64,000 nucleotides of DNA, from positions 19,187-83,186 of the forward strand of contig DASUEN010000083.1 in NCBI GenBank assembly GCA_036275055.1. Reading direction: 5' to 3'. Position 1 is the first letter of the stretch. Every line of letters starts with the position of its first letter. The DNA comes from Thermoanaerobaculia bacterium (lineage in GTDB: Bacteria > Acidobacteriota > Thermoanaerobaculia > Multivoradales > UBA5704). The notes beneath the pieces are model-generated. The model made no database searches and was not told the origin of the DNA. It saw only the letters and a list, made by a program, of their open reading frames with translations. This document shows positions 1 through 9,700 of the stretch, in pieces. The translations under genes and the position numbers were made by a program.

Positions 1-1240
1 GCGTCACTCCCCGCAGGCCGGCCAGAGGGATGGCGAACATCACGAGGTAGGTCAGGGCGTAGAAGACGCCCGAGGCCGTCCAGAGCAACTGGAAGGCCTC
101 CTGCTTGCCCACGCCGATCAGGCCGGCGAGGCCGAGCGCCAGGGTGGCGGCGCCCACGAAGAGGATGGAGTTGACGGGCGTCTTGTAGCGCTCGTGGAGG
201 CGGGTGAACCAGTCCGGCAGGAGGCTGTCCCAACCCGCCACCATGGGCAGGCGGGTGTTGCCCGCGAACATCACGCTCGACTGCGCCACCCGAATCGAAA
301 GCAGCGCCAGGATGGTGGCGGAGGCGATGGGGAGCGCCAGGGCCAGGGACCGGAAGCCCACGGAGAGCACCTGCGGGATGGGCGCGATGAGGTCGATCTG
401 GTCCTGCGGGATGAACGCCAGCACGGAGCTGGTGCCCAGGATGAACATGGCGGCGATGACCGGCGCCGCCACCACCACCGAACGGGTGATGGCCCGCACC
501 GGGTCCCTGCACTCCCCGGCGTGGAGGGCCACGTACTCGAAGCCGCCCAGGGCGCCGAAGCCCATCTTGCCGAAGAGGTTCAGGGTCATCAGCGAAAGGA
601 CGGGGAGCTCGAGCCGCAACGGATGGTACGCCGGCAGGGTGCCGTGCGCCAGGTTCAGCCACAGGAGGATGAGGATGGCGAAGAAGGTGGCGAGCATCAG
701 CGCGCCGCCCACCTTGTGCACCCACTTGCCGACGCCGAAGCCCACGGTGGTCAACAGGACCAGGGCGCCGATCGTGGCCAGGCTGACGACGCCGGTGAAC
801 CACTTGCTGCTGGTGAGCCCTTCGCTCTCCGGCCCCAGGATGTAGCGCAGGTACTGCGTGATCTGGAGGCCGATCTCCGAGGTGTTCAAGATGGCGAAGA
901 GCCACAGGTTCCAGGCCACCAGGAAGCCCAGGAGCTCGTTGAAGCCGAGCTTGGCCCACTGGTAGAGCCCCCCTTCGAGGGGCATGACCCGGTTCAAGTA
1001 GATCACCACCACGGCCGAGGGGACGTAGAAGAAGACCATGGCGAGGAGCCAGAGGACGACGTGGGAGGGTCCCTGCTTGGCGGCGACGCCGATCCAGGGG
1101 AGCCCGACGATGAAGAGGACCTGGGTGAGCGCCAGGTCGGCGAGCCCCAGCTCTTTCTTGAAGACGCGGCTCTTCGCCTCGACGCGCTCTTCCTCGCGCC
1201 GAAGCTCCGCGGTGGCGGTGGTGTCGGGAGTGTCGGTCAT
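1..1240 (-). CDS. APC-superfamily amino acid permease, N-terminal part only (gene runs off the left edge)
   Basis: Absent from the ORF track because the frame stays open to position 1. My hand translation of the minus strand from the ATG at 1240..1238 reads MTDTPDTTATAELRREEERVEAKSRVFKKELGLADLALTQVLFIVGLPWIGVAAKQGPSHVVLWLLAMVFFYVPSAVVVIYLNRVMPLEGGLYQWAKLGFNELLGF... This is a continuous multi-span hydrophobic protein with strong GC3. Plus-strand ORFs 194..1684 and 204..845 are antisense shadows. Confidence 0.7.
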   Translation of the reverse strand, partial: MTDTPDTTATAELRREEERVEAKSRVFKKELGLADLALTQVLFIVGLPWIGVAAKQGPSHVVLWLLAMVFFYVPSAVVVIYLNRVMPLEGGLYQWAKLGFNELLGFLVAWNLWLFAILNTSEIGLQITQYLRYILGPESEGLTSSKWFTGVVSLATIGALVLLTTVGFGVGKWVHKVGGALMLATFFAILILLWLNLAHGTLPAYHPLRLELPVLSLMTLNLFGKMGFGALGGFEYVALHAGECRDPVRAITRSVVVAAPVIAAMFILGTSSVLAFIPQDQIDLIAPIPQVLSVGFRSLALALPIASATILALLSIRVAQSSVMFAGNTRLPMVAGWDSLLPDWFTRLHERYKTPVNSILFVGAATLALGLAGLIGVGKQEAFQLLWTASGVFYALTYLVMFAIPLAGLRGVT

Positions 1241-1331
1241 GGCCTTGGGTCTCGCGGGGCACATCATAGGGCGAATCGATCTGCGTTACCATGGCGTCAT
1301 CCTGTGGACGTCGCGGCCAAGGAGGAATCTC

Positions 1332-2963
1332 GTGCTCAGCACCATGATGGATTTTCCGCTCACCATCCAGCACCTCTTTCGCCACGGCCGCCGGATCTAC
1401 GGCAAAAGCGAGGTCGTCACCTGGACGGGAGCCGAGCCGCGCCGGGTGAGCTACGCGCAGCTCGCGGAGCGCGCCGAGCGCCTCGCCGCCGCCCTGAAGC
1501 GGCTCGGCGTCAGAGAGGGCGATCGCGTCGGCACCTTGCAGTGGAACAACCAGGAGCATTTCGAGGCGTATCTCGCCGTGCCGTGCATGGGCGCGGTGCT
1601 GCACACCCTCAACCTGCGCTTGTTTCCCGATCAGCTCGCCTACATCGTGAACCATGGCGAGGACAAGGTGCTGATCGTCGATAGCTCGCTGATCCCGCTC
1701 CTCGTGCGGGTCAAGGATCACCTAAAAACCGTCGAGCATTTCATCGTCGCCGGCGAAGGGGACGCGTCGGCGCTGGGCGACGGCGCTCTCCGTTACGAGG
1801 AGCTGATCGCCGCGGAAGCGCCCGGCTTCGCGTGGCCCACGCTCGACGAGCGCGCCGCGGCCGCGATGTGCTACACCACGGGCACGACCGGCGATCCGAA
1901 GGGCGTCGTGTACTCGCACCGCTCGATTTTCCTCCACTCCTTCGGCGTCGGGCACGCCGCGGCCGTGCCGTTGACGGAAAAGGACCGCGTGCTGCCGATC
2001 GTCCCCATGTTCCATGCCATGTCGTGGGGGCTCCCCTACGTCGGCTGGTCGTGCGGCACGGGTTTCGTCATGCCCGGCCCGTTCCTCCAGGCGGAGCCGC
2101 TGGCGCAGATGATCGCCGCCGAAAAGGTGACCTATGCGGCGGCCGTGCCCACGATCTGGAACGACCTGCTGCGCTTCATGGATCAGAACCCAACCGATCT
2201 CTCTTCGCTCACCATGATCACCTGCGGCGGCGCCGCCGTGCCCCGCGCGCTGATCGAAAGGTTTCAGGAGAAGACGGGCGTCTGGATCACACAAGGATGG
2301 GGGATGACGGAGACCTCGCCCATCGCGGCGCTCTCCTGGCCGCCTCGGGGCACGCCGGAGGAGGAGCAGGCCGAATGGCGGGCGAAGACGGGGCGGGTGG
2401 TCGCGGGCGTCGAGCTGCGCATCACCGGCGACGACGGCGGCGAGCTGCCATGGGACGGCCAAGCCGTGGGCGAGATCGAGGTGCGCGGCCCGTGGGTCAC
2501 CGCTTCGTACCACCGCAACCCCGCCCCGGAGCGCTTCCACGACGGCTGGCTGCGCACCGGCGACGTGGGATCGGTCGATCCGCACGGCTTCATCCAGATT
2601 TCGGACCGCGCGAAGGACGTCATCAAATCCGGCGGCGAATGGATCTCCTCGGTCGAGGTCGAAAACAAGATCATGGGGCACCCTCACGTGATCGAGGCCG
2701 CGGTGATCGGCGTCCCCGATCCCACCTGGGACGAGCGCCCCCTCGCCTGCGTGGTGCTGAAAGACGGCGCTCCGCGCGACGCCGCGGCCCTCCGCGCCTT
2801 CCTCGACGGAACGGTATCTCCGTGGTGGCTGCCCGAGCGCTGGACGTTCGTACCGGAGATTCCGCGGACCTCGGTGGGGAAATTCGACAAGAAGGTCTTG
2901 CGGACGAGGTACGCTAACGGCGAGCTCGAGATCGTGACGCTGGAGGGGTCGGCGCGGGAGTGA
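1332..2963 (+). CDS. AMP-dependent acyl-CoA synthetase (long-chain fatty acid-CoA ligase type)
   Basis: AMP-binding motifs [61 protein letters not shown] and a C-terminal GKFDKKVLR. Start placed at the in-frame GTG 1332, 7 nt after AGGAGG (1319..1324). ATG 1344 is the alternative. The upstream part of ORF 1038..2963 is not protein-like. Confidence 0.85.
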   Translation: MLSTMMDFPLTIQHLFRHGRRIYGKSEVVTWTGAEPRRVSYAQLAERAERLAAALKRLGVREGDRVGTLQWNNQEHFEAYLAVPCMGAVLHTLNLRLFPDQLAYIVNHGEDKVLIVDSSLIPLLVRVKDHLKTVEHFIVAGEGDASALGDGALRYEELIAAEAPGFAWPTLDERAAAAMCYTTGTTGDPKGVVYSHRSIFLHSFGVGHAAAVPLTEKDRVLPIVPMFHAMSWGLPYVGWSCGTGFVMPGPFLQAEPLAQMIAAEKVTYAAAVPTIWNDLLRFMDQNPTDLSSLTMITCGGAAVPRALIERFQEKTGVWITQGWGMTETSPIAALSWPPRGTPEEEQAEWRAKTGRVVAGVELRITGDDGGELPWDGQAVGEIEVRGPWVTASYHRNPAPERFHDGWLRTGDVGSVDPHGFIQISDRAKDVIKSGGEWISSVEVENKIMGHPHVIEAAVIGVPDPTWDERPLACVVLKDGAPRDAAALRAFLDGTVSPWWLPERWTFVPEIPRTSVGKFDKKVLRTRYANGELEIVTLEGSARE

Positions 2964-3474
2964 GCAGCGGATACGGGTTTCGCGCCTCGCCGTCCACGTA
3001 GATCCCGTAGTGCAGATGGGTCGGCGTCCCCTGGGCGTTGCCGGAATCTCCCACGTAGCCGAGGACCGTCCCCACCTCCACCCAGTCGCCGACGGCCGGC
3101 GTCTCCCACTCGTCCAGGTGGGCGTAGTAGTGAGACCAGCCGGCGGGGCCGAAGACGGTCACCGTCCTCCCTCCCAGCCGGTTCCAGCGCTTGTGCACCA
3201 CGACGCCCTGCGTGGCGGAGTGAATGGGGGTCCGCCGGGGCGCGAAGATGTCGATCCCCTCGTGCTTGCGCCCCTCGGAGCGGGCGGCGCCCCAGGTGTC
3301 CTCCAGGTCGGACGCCACGACTCCCTCGACGGGGATGGGCAGCGACGACGGCGGCGGCTCGCGCCACAGCTTCACCACGCGCGGCAGGTGGCGCAGATAA
3401 GGATAGAACCAGAGGAAGAGGAAGAGCAGCAACGCCAGTGCCGCCAGCCGGAGGAGGACCCTGCGCCAACTCAC
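2914..3474 (-). CDS. M23 family metallopeptidase, membrane anchored
   Basis: N-terminal hydrophobic anchor LLRLAALALLLFLFLWFY. M23 motifs HEGIDIFAP ... GWSHYYAHL ... GDSGNAQGTPTHLHYGIY. Confidence 0.85.
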   Translation of the reverse strand: MSWRRVLLRLAALALLLFLFLWFYPYLRHLPRVVKLWREPPPSSLPIPVEGVVASDLEDTWGAARSEGRKHEGIDIFAPRRTPIHSATQGVVVHKRWNRLGGRTVTVFGPAGWSHYYAHLDEWETPAVGDWVEVGTVLGYVGDSGNAQGTPTHLHYGIYVDGEARNPYPLLTPAPTPPASRSRARR

Positions 3475-3500
3475 GGGCGTAGCCTATAGAATCCACCCCC

Positions 3501-4085
3501 ATGCTGCACCTGCTCCTCTTGCTTTTCGCCGCTCCCCCCTTCCCGGGCGTCCTCCACCCGACGCCGACGGGTGACGTCTGGGTGGAGATGGTCGCCGCCG
3601 GAGCCGGCAAGCCGCGGGAGGGAATCGGCCGCGGGGTGATCGAGGCGCCGCCGGAGAGGGTATACCGCGCCCTCACGGATTACGCCCACTGGCAGGAGTT
3701 CATTCCCTACTTGCAGCAGTCGGACGCCCGGCCGCAGGCCAACGGCTCGGTGCTGAGCCGGCACGTGATGGTCCTCCCCTCCCCCCTCGGCGAGCGCCGC
3801 TACCGCGTCCGCTTCACCCAGGGCATCGAGACGGGTCCGGACGGAAAGGCTTGGTGGCTCCGCTTGAGCTACGTGCCAGGCTCGGGGAACGTCACCGCCC
3901 TCCAGGGCTCGTGGCGGCTGACGGCTCTGGGGGGAGGGCGCACCTTGGGCGTCTGCCGCCTGCTCATCGACCCCGGCGGCTTCACCCCGCGCTGGGCCGT
4001 GGACAGCGGCACGGAGGGGACGCTCGCCTGGATCTTCCACGGCCTGCGTCAGCACGTGCGCCGTTCCCGATACGACGGCTCCTGA
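3501..4085 (+). CDS. Secreted SRPBCC/START-fold (polyketide cyclase/dehydrase-like) protein
   Basis: Signal-like N-terminus MLHLLLLLFAAPPFPG. The segment ERVYRALTDYAHWQEFIPYL is typical of SRPBCC domain starts. Good GC3 bias. Confidence 0.55.
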   Translation: MLHLLLLLFAAPPFPGVLHPTPTGDVWVEMVAAGAGKPREGIGRGVIEAPPERVYRALTDYAHWQEFIPYLQQSDARPQANGSVLSRHVMVLPSPLGERRYRVRFTQGIETGPDGKAWWLRLSYVPGSGNVTALQGSWRLTALGGGRTLGVCRLLIDPGGFTPRWAVDSGTEGTLAWIFHGLRQHVRRSRYDGS

Positions 4086-4139
4086 ATAGGGTACAATCGG
4101 GGCCGTTTCCCATTTCCGCACTTTTCGCCCCTCAAGGGC

Positions 4140-5342
4140 GTGGCAGGGCTCGCCATGAAACCAGAAGAGAAGCAGAACGTCCTCGCGCTGGAAGCCCATC
4201 TCGGCACCGAGCTGCACCGGCGGTCCACGGAGCTGACCCGCGCCTGGCTCGACCGCCTGATCGCGCGGCTGGACGTCCATCCCCGCCGCATCTTTCCCAC
4301 CGACGCGCTGCTCAACCACATCCCCGAGGTGCTGCGGGCGATCTCCGACTACCTCTGCTCCGACGGCGACCTCGAGCACGAGGAGCTGCTGCGCACCGAG
4401 TTCGGCAAGCTGGCGCGGCTGCGGCGGGAGCAGGGGTACGACATCGACGAGATCCTGGCCGAGTTCGAGATCCTGGGCGAGATCCTCTACGACGCGCTGC
4501 GGGAAGAGGCCCGGCGCTTCGGGCGCAAAGTGCCCCCCGACTACGCCATCGAAGTGGCCGAGCGCCTCTTCCGGTCGCTGACGGCCATCACCACCATCAC
4601 GGCCACCACGTTTCGCGAGGAAGGGTTCCGCGACCGCCGGGACCGGGCGCGGCTCCTGGGCGGCTTCGGCCGCGAGCTGGCGCACGAGCTGCGCAACCGG
4701 CTGAGCACGGCCGAGGCGGCCCTCCACCTGCTGGGCAACGAGAGCCTCGAACCGGCCACGCGGGAGCGGACGCTGCGCACCCTGCGCAACACCCTGCAGC
4801 GGATCAAGGGCGTAGCGGACGACGTGCACTCGCTGGCCATCGCCCAGGGGAGCGAGGAGGGAGCGCAAGGAAGGAGGTTGTCGCTGCGCACCCTGCTCGA
4901 CGAGGTGGTCGAGGAGCTGCGGGGGATCGCGGACGAGAGCGCGGTGCGCATCGTGGTCCGCGAGCCCATCCCCGACGTGCAGGTGGACGCCATCCGGGTG
5001 GAGCTGGCGCTGATCAACCTGGTGGGCAACGCCGTCAAGTACTCCGACCCGCAGGAGGAGGACCGCTGGGTGCGCATTGCCGTCCAGCGGCACGAGGAGG
5101 GCTACTGGCGCCTCTCCGTCTCGGACAACGGCATGGGGATTCCGGACGAGATGCAGGACCGGGTCTTCGAGCAGTTCGTCCGCGCCCACCCCGGAGTCGC
5201 GGACGGCACCGGCCTGGGTCTCTCGATAGCCCGCTCCGCCATCGAGCAGATGGGAGGCCGCATCTGGCTCGAAAGCGAGCCGGGAGTCGGCACCACCTTC
5301 CACTTCACCGTGGTGGACCCGCCGGCGGCGCGGGAGGACTGA
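4140..5342 (+). CDS. Cytoplasmic sensor histidine kinase (no adjacent response regulator)
   Basis: H-box FGRELAHELRNRLST, N-box LINLVGNAVKYS, G-boxes SDNGMGIP and GTGLGLSIARSAIEQMGGRIWLESEPGVGTTFHF. No obvious transmembrane segment. Confidence 0.8.
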   Translation: MAGLAMKPEEKQNVLALEAHLGTELHRRSTELTRAWLDRLIARLDVHPRRIFPTDALLNHIPEVLRAISDYLCSDGDLEHEELLRTEFGKLARLRREQGYDIDEILAEFEILGEILYDALREEARRFGRKVPPDYAIEVAERLFRSLTAITTITATTFREEGFRDRRDRARLLGGFGRELAHELRNRLSTAEAALHLLGNESLEPATRERTLRTLRNTLQRIKGVADDVHSLAIAQGSEEGAQGRRLSLRTLLDEVVEELRGIADESAVRIVVREPIPDVQVDAIRVELALINLVGNAVKYSDPQEEDRWVRIAVQRHEEGYWRLSVSDNGMGIPDEMQDRVFEQFVRAHPGVADGTGLGLSIARSAIEQMGGRIWLESEPGVGTTFHFTVVDPPAARED

Positions 5343-5457
5343 GGTTGAAGCCTGTGGATCGCCGGACAAATCTTGCATGGCTACCCCGTCGGGGGTTGCT
5401 TTCCCCTGCCACTTCGCGCATGGTGGTAGAGGCATCGTCCCACGGGAGGACAAGATC

Positions 5458-5706
5458 ATGAGCGAAGAGCTGAAGACCTTTCTTCAGAGCCTCCGCACGA
5501 AACCTGAGCTGCTGGAGGAGCTGCGATCCTTGATTCGGGACCCGGACGCGGCGGTCCAGTGGGCTCGCGAGCAGGGATGTCACCTGACGCCGGAGGACGT
5601 CGCCGAGCTCCAGGGTGATGATGAGGAGCTCTCGGACGACGAGCTTGACAAGGTGGCTGGCGGCGACGACGGATGGCCGCCACCCCCGCCACCGCCGGGC
5701 CCTTAG
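5458..5706 (+). CDS. Nif11-like leader RiPP precursor, 82 aa, predicted core DDGWPPPPPPPGP
   Basis: ATG 5458 lies 7 nt after GGGAGGA. The N-terminus MSEELKTFLQSLRTKPELLEELRSL...AAVQWAREQGCHLTPEDV matches the Nif11-domain leader pattern. The leader ends ELSDDELDKVAGG (double-glycine site), followed by 13 residues and a stop. Confidence 0.75.
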   Translation: MSEELKTFLQSLRTKPELLEELRSLIRDPDAAVQWAREQGCHLTPEDVAELQGDDEELSDDELDKVAGGDDGWPPPPPPPGP

Positions 5707-5726
5707 GCTTCGTCGCGACGCAGGCA

Positions 5727-6749
5727 ATGGCATCCGTCCCATCCCCCGCCTATGACGACTGGCTGCGGGTGGTCAGACGGCATCTTACTCCGCCGCTTTG
5801 CAGTCTTTGGGCCCTGGATCGCCTGCACACTCTCGCCGCTCATCTCCCGGGAGATTGCCTGGGAGCCCTCGAAGCCCACCTGGGAAAGAGGGGCGGCGAC
5901 GTCGATCTGTCGATCCGTTTCACCGAGCCCGGCCAAGGCCGCCGAATGGCGGAGCAGCCCCTGCCCGCCCACCTGCGCAGCTTCCTCTCCCAATGGTCCC
6001 AGCCGGAAGGTCCGTTCTCCAGCATCCCCTGCATCTGGCTGGAGTTCGACCTGGATCGGCCGGTGGGGGACTTTCCGGTGCCATCGGTCTGCGCCCGGCT
6101 GCCGCGGGACGCCGACCTGGACTGGATCGTCGAGCTCTTGCTGCCGGCCCTGCATGGCGAGCCTCTGGGCGCAGCCCAGACCGGCCTGGTCCGGCGCTGC
6201 CACGGCGAAATCCCCGAGGAGGGCATCCTCCTCTACGTCTTCGGCCTGCTCTCCCGGCCGGGGAATCCGATACGGCTGGAGATCTTCGGGCTGGACCCGG
6301 CCGGCGCGGTTGCCTACCTGCGCCGCGTGGCGCCCCACGCCGCTCCTGCGCTGGCCGAGATCGCGCCGATCTTCGAAGGGATCGACAGGCCCCACCTGTC
6401 CCTCGACATGGGTGCTGAGATCCTGCCACGGGTGGGATTGGAAGGCTCCTTCGCCCGGCAGCGCGAACCCCGCTGGACGGAGCTCCTGGCCCGTCTCGTG
6501 GCCCGGGGCCTCTGTACGCGCGAGGAGATGGACGCCATCCTGGCCTGGCCGGGGTACGACACCCTCTGGACGGCTGCGGCGGACTGGCCCCTGGAGCAGG
6601 CCGGCGTGGGGGGATTCTGCGTGCGCAGCTTGAGCCACGTTAAAGTCGTCGCGCAACCGGGACGGGCGCCGGAGGCGAAGGTCTACTTGCTGGTCTCTTC
6701 TTTGGCCGGAGCCAAGTCGCCGGCAAGGCGGTCGGTCTTCTCGACGTAG
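5727..6749 (+). CDS. Hypothetical protein, candidate maturase of the Nif11 precursor (family not recognised)
   Basis: The ORF 5673..6749 has strong GC3 bias. Start placed at ATG 5727 (MASVPSPAYDDW), 21 nt after the precursor stop. I recognise no catalytic motif. See the finding on its repeated beta-hairpin/helix pattern. Confidence 0.55.
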   Translation: MASVPSPAYDDWLRVVRRHLTPPLCSLWALDRLHTLAAHLPGDCLGALEAHLGKRGGDVDLSIRFTEPGQGRRMAEQPLPAHLRSFLSQWSQPEGPFSSIPCIWLEFDLDRPVGDFPVPSVCARLPRDADLDWIVELLLPALHGEPLGAAQTGLVRRCHGEIPEEGILLYVFGLLSRPGNPIRLEIFGLDPAGAVAYLRRVAPHAAPALAEIAPIFEGIDRPHLSLDMGAEILPRVGLEGSFARQREPRWTELLARLVARGLCTREEMDAILAWPGYDTLWTAAADWPLEQAGVGGFCVRSLSHVKVVAQPGRAPEAKVYLLVSSLAGAKSPARRSVFST

Positions 6750-9700
6750 ACTCGCAGCCCCAGCTCCGCGAACGTCCGGCGAGCCTCGCCAAGTTGCCAC
6801 GCCGCCCCATTGGACCCTGCGCCGGCCGCCAGCGCCAGATCGAGCCGCGTGCGGGCCACCTCGAAGGGGGCCGCGATGGCTTTAAAGCTCTCCACGGCCT
6901 CGCCGAGCCACCTCTCCGCCTCTTCCCGGTCGCCGGCCGCGCGGGCGATGCGGCCCAGGGCGCGCTGGGCCATGCCGCTGCCGTAGCGGAACCGGACCTC
7001 TTCGGTGACGGCGAGCGCCTCGCGGGCGAGCACCCGGGCCTCGTCCGGGCGGTCCGAGAGGAGGCGGGCCTCGGCAAGAAAGGCGGAGAACCAGCCCAGG
7101 AGCTGCTTCATGCCGGCCCGGCGCAGCCGCTCCACGGAACCCTCCAAGGCCTCGGTCGCCTTCGGGAGATCCCCCTTCTCCAGATAGGCGTAGCCGAGGA
7201 AGCCCAGGGCTGCGGCAGTGTTGAGGGGGTCTTGGGCCCGCTCCAGCCCGCCCTTGCACTCCTCGATTCCCCGCTCGTACTCTCCCAGAGAAGCGTGGAA
7301 ATAGCCGGTGCTCCAGGATGGGTCGAGCCGGGGATCCTGGAGGGCGCGCCAGGCGGCCTCGGCCTTCTCCATCCTGCGGAACGCCTCGCCGAACTGTCCC
7401 AGGACGTAGTGATGGAATCCCGCCACCCAGTAGGCCTGCCCCTGCCACCAGCGGTCCGCGCTCCGCTCCAGCAGGTCGACCGCTTGCCGGCCATGCTCGA
7501 TCCCCTCCGAGAACCGGCCCGACCAGAAGGCATCGCGGCAGAGCACGTACCAGGCCCGTCCTTCCGTGATCGCGTCGCCGGAGCGCCGTGCCGCCTCGAT
7601 GGAGAGGCGGGCATTGGCCGCAGCCGCTTCCTGGTCGCCAAGGTAGCTATAGGTGTGGGCGAGCCAGAAGTGATAGCGGCCCGCGAGCGTTGAGTCCTGC
7701 AGACGGTCCAGGAGATCCCGCTCGGCGAGGAAAAGCTCCAGGGTCTCGGGGAAGCGGGCCAGGGGGAAGAGAGATTCGGCCAGGAGCAGGACCAGCTCCA
7801 TGCGCCGCCGGTCCGCCTCCGTCTGCGGCAGGCGCTCGCAGTGCGCCAGAGCCTCCCGCAGGGCCCTTTCCGCTTCAGCGTGGGCGTACCGGCGGGCCGC
7901 CTGAGCGGCGAAAAGGGCCAGATAGGAGACCGCTTTCCCGGCCTCGCCGGCCTCGGAGTAGTGATAGGCCAGAGCGTCGTAGACATCCTCCAGCCGCCCC
8001 GCGAAGAGCGACTCGAAAGCTTGCCCGGCAGCCGTATGCAAAGCCTGCCGCCGGCCCGTCAGCAGAGTTTGATAAACCGCCTCCTGGGTCAGGGCGTGTT
8101 TGAACAGGTACCGGGGCTCTTCCGCCGTCGGCTCCTCATAGAGGAATTCCCAACGCTTGAGGTCCGAGAGCAGAGATGGCAGATTGTCGACCTGCTCCCA
8201 GACCGCCGCCAGCAGGTTCAAGGGGAACTCCCGCCCAAGCACGGACGCCGTCTGAAGGAGCCGCTTGTGGTCGTCCGGCAGCCGGTCGATGCGGGCCATG
8301 ACCACTCCCTGGATCGTGTCGGGAACCGAGACGCCCGGATGCTCCAGTAAAGAACGAGCCAATTCCTCCAGGAAGAAGGGATTCCCCTCCGCTTTGCCGC
8401 GCACCTCGGCTACCAGATTCTCAGGGAGCTCGGCGCGGCGGAGCACGGCGCGGACGACCGCCTCGCTCTCCGCGTCTGTCAGCCGGGCGAGGGAGATCTG
8501 GGTGGCATTCGACTTCTCGATCCAGGGCGGCCGATAGCCGGAGCGGTAGGTGGCGATGAGCAGAACGTGAGCGGCGAACAGCCCTTCCACCAGCAGGGAG
8601 AGGAAATCCTCCGAGGTACGGTCCACCCAGTGGAGGTCCTCGATCTCCAGCACCACCAGCCGGCGGCGCGATTCGTTGAGGATAGCCTGCCGCAACAGCC
8701 GGAAAGTCCGGGTTTGCAAAGCCTGGGGGCTCAGCTCGGCGAGCGCCTCCGTGCCTTCCCGGATGCCGAAGAGATAAAGGACGTAGGGCAGAGCCTCCGC
8801 GACCTCCATCTCAGCCCGTCGCAGGCCGGCCATGACCTTGGCGACAACCGCAGCGGCGTCATCAGCCTCGCCGATCTCCCAGGCGTTGCGGAGCATGTAG
8901 AGGATGGGCAGGTAAGGTACGCCGCTGGTGTAGGAGAGGCACCGCCCCGCCAGGTGGAGGACCGGCCGGTTCCATAACCGCCGCCGGAATTCATAGACCA
9001 GCCGGGACTTTCCGGAGCCTGCTTCCGCCGCAATACCCACCACCTGCCCCTCCCCGGCCGCTGCCCGTTCGCGCAGCTCCTCGAGGATAGCCATCTCCCG
9101 CCGGCGGCCGACGAACGGCGAGCGGGCCGTGCTGCCGAGGACGGCATCCTCGGACTGGAGGAGGAGGCCCACACCCATCAGCCGGAACGCCCGCACCGGC
9201 GTCTCCTTCCCCTTGACCTGAAGCGGCGGTATCGCCTCCAGCCGGGCGGAGCCCTGAAGGAAGCGGCTCGTGTCCTCGCTCACCAGGATGGCCCCAGGCT
9301 CGGCGAGCTGTTGGAGCCGGGCGGCGAGATTGGTCGTATCGCCGATGGCCGTGTAGTCCCGGCGGAGCTGATCGCCGATGCCGCCCACCACCACCCAGCC
9401 GGTGTTGATCCCCATGCGGAACCGGAGCTCCACACCGCCGCGCTCCCCGAGCTCGGCGTGATGCTCCGCGAGCAGCTTCTGGAGGCCGAGAGCGGCGAGA
9501 GCCGCGCGGCGGGCGTGGTCCTCGTGGGCGATGGGAGCCCCGAACAGGGCCATGAAGCCATCCCCCAGGAACTGGTTGATGGTCCCCTCGTAGCGGTGGA
9601 CCTCGGAGAGGGCCAGCTCGAAGAACCGGTTGAGGAGGAGATGCATGGTCTCCGGCCCCAGCCGCTCGGCCAGGGAGGTCGAGCCGACGAGGTCGCAGAA

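Noticed and set aside
194-1684. 496-aa plus-strand ORF at the left end
   Set aside because: It is antisense to the permease (1..1240), runs out of frame through the acyl-CoA synthetase start, and is Arg/Gly/His/Glu-rich.
3471-5459. 662-aa minus-strand ORF spanning the SRPBCC and histidine kinase genes
   Set aside because: It is antisense to two motif-bearing genes, is Arg/Gly/Pro/Ala-rich with no motif, and is a typical long shadow ORF of high-GC DNA.
5727-6749. LanC-like cyclase, suggested by the RRCHGE tripeptide
   Set aside because: There are no GxxHG or WCxG motifs and no seven-fold Gly-rich helical repeat. The predicted beta-rich pattern is incompatible with an alpha-toroid.
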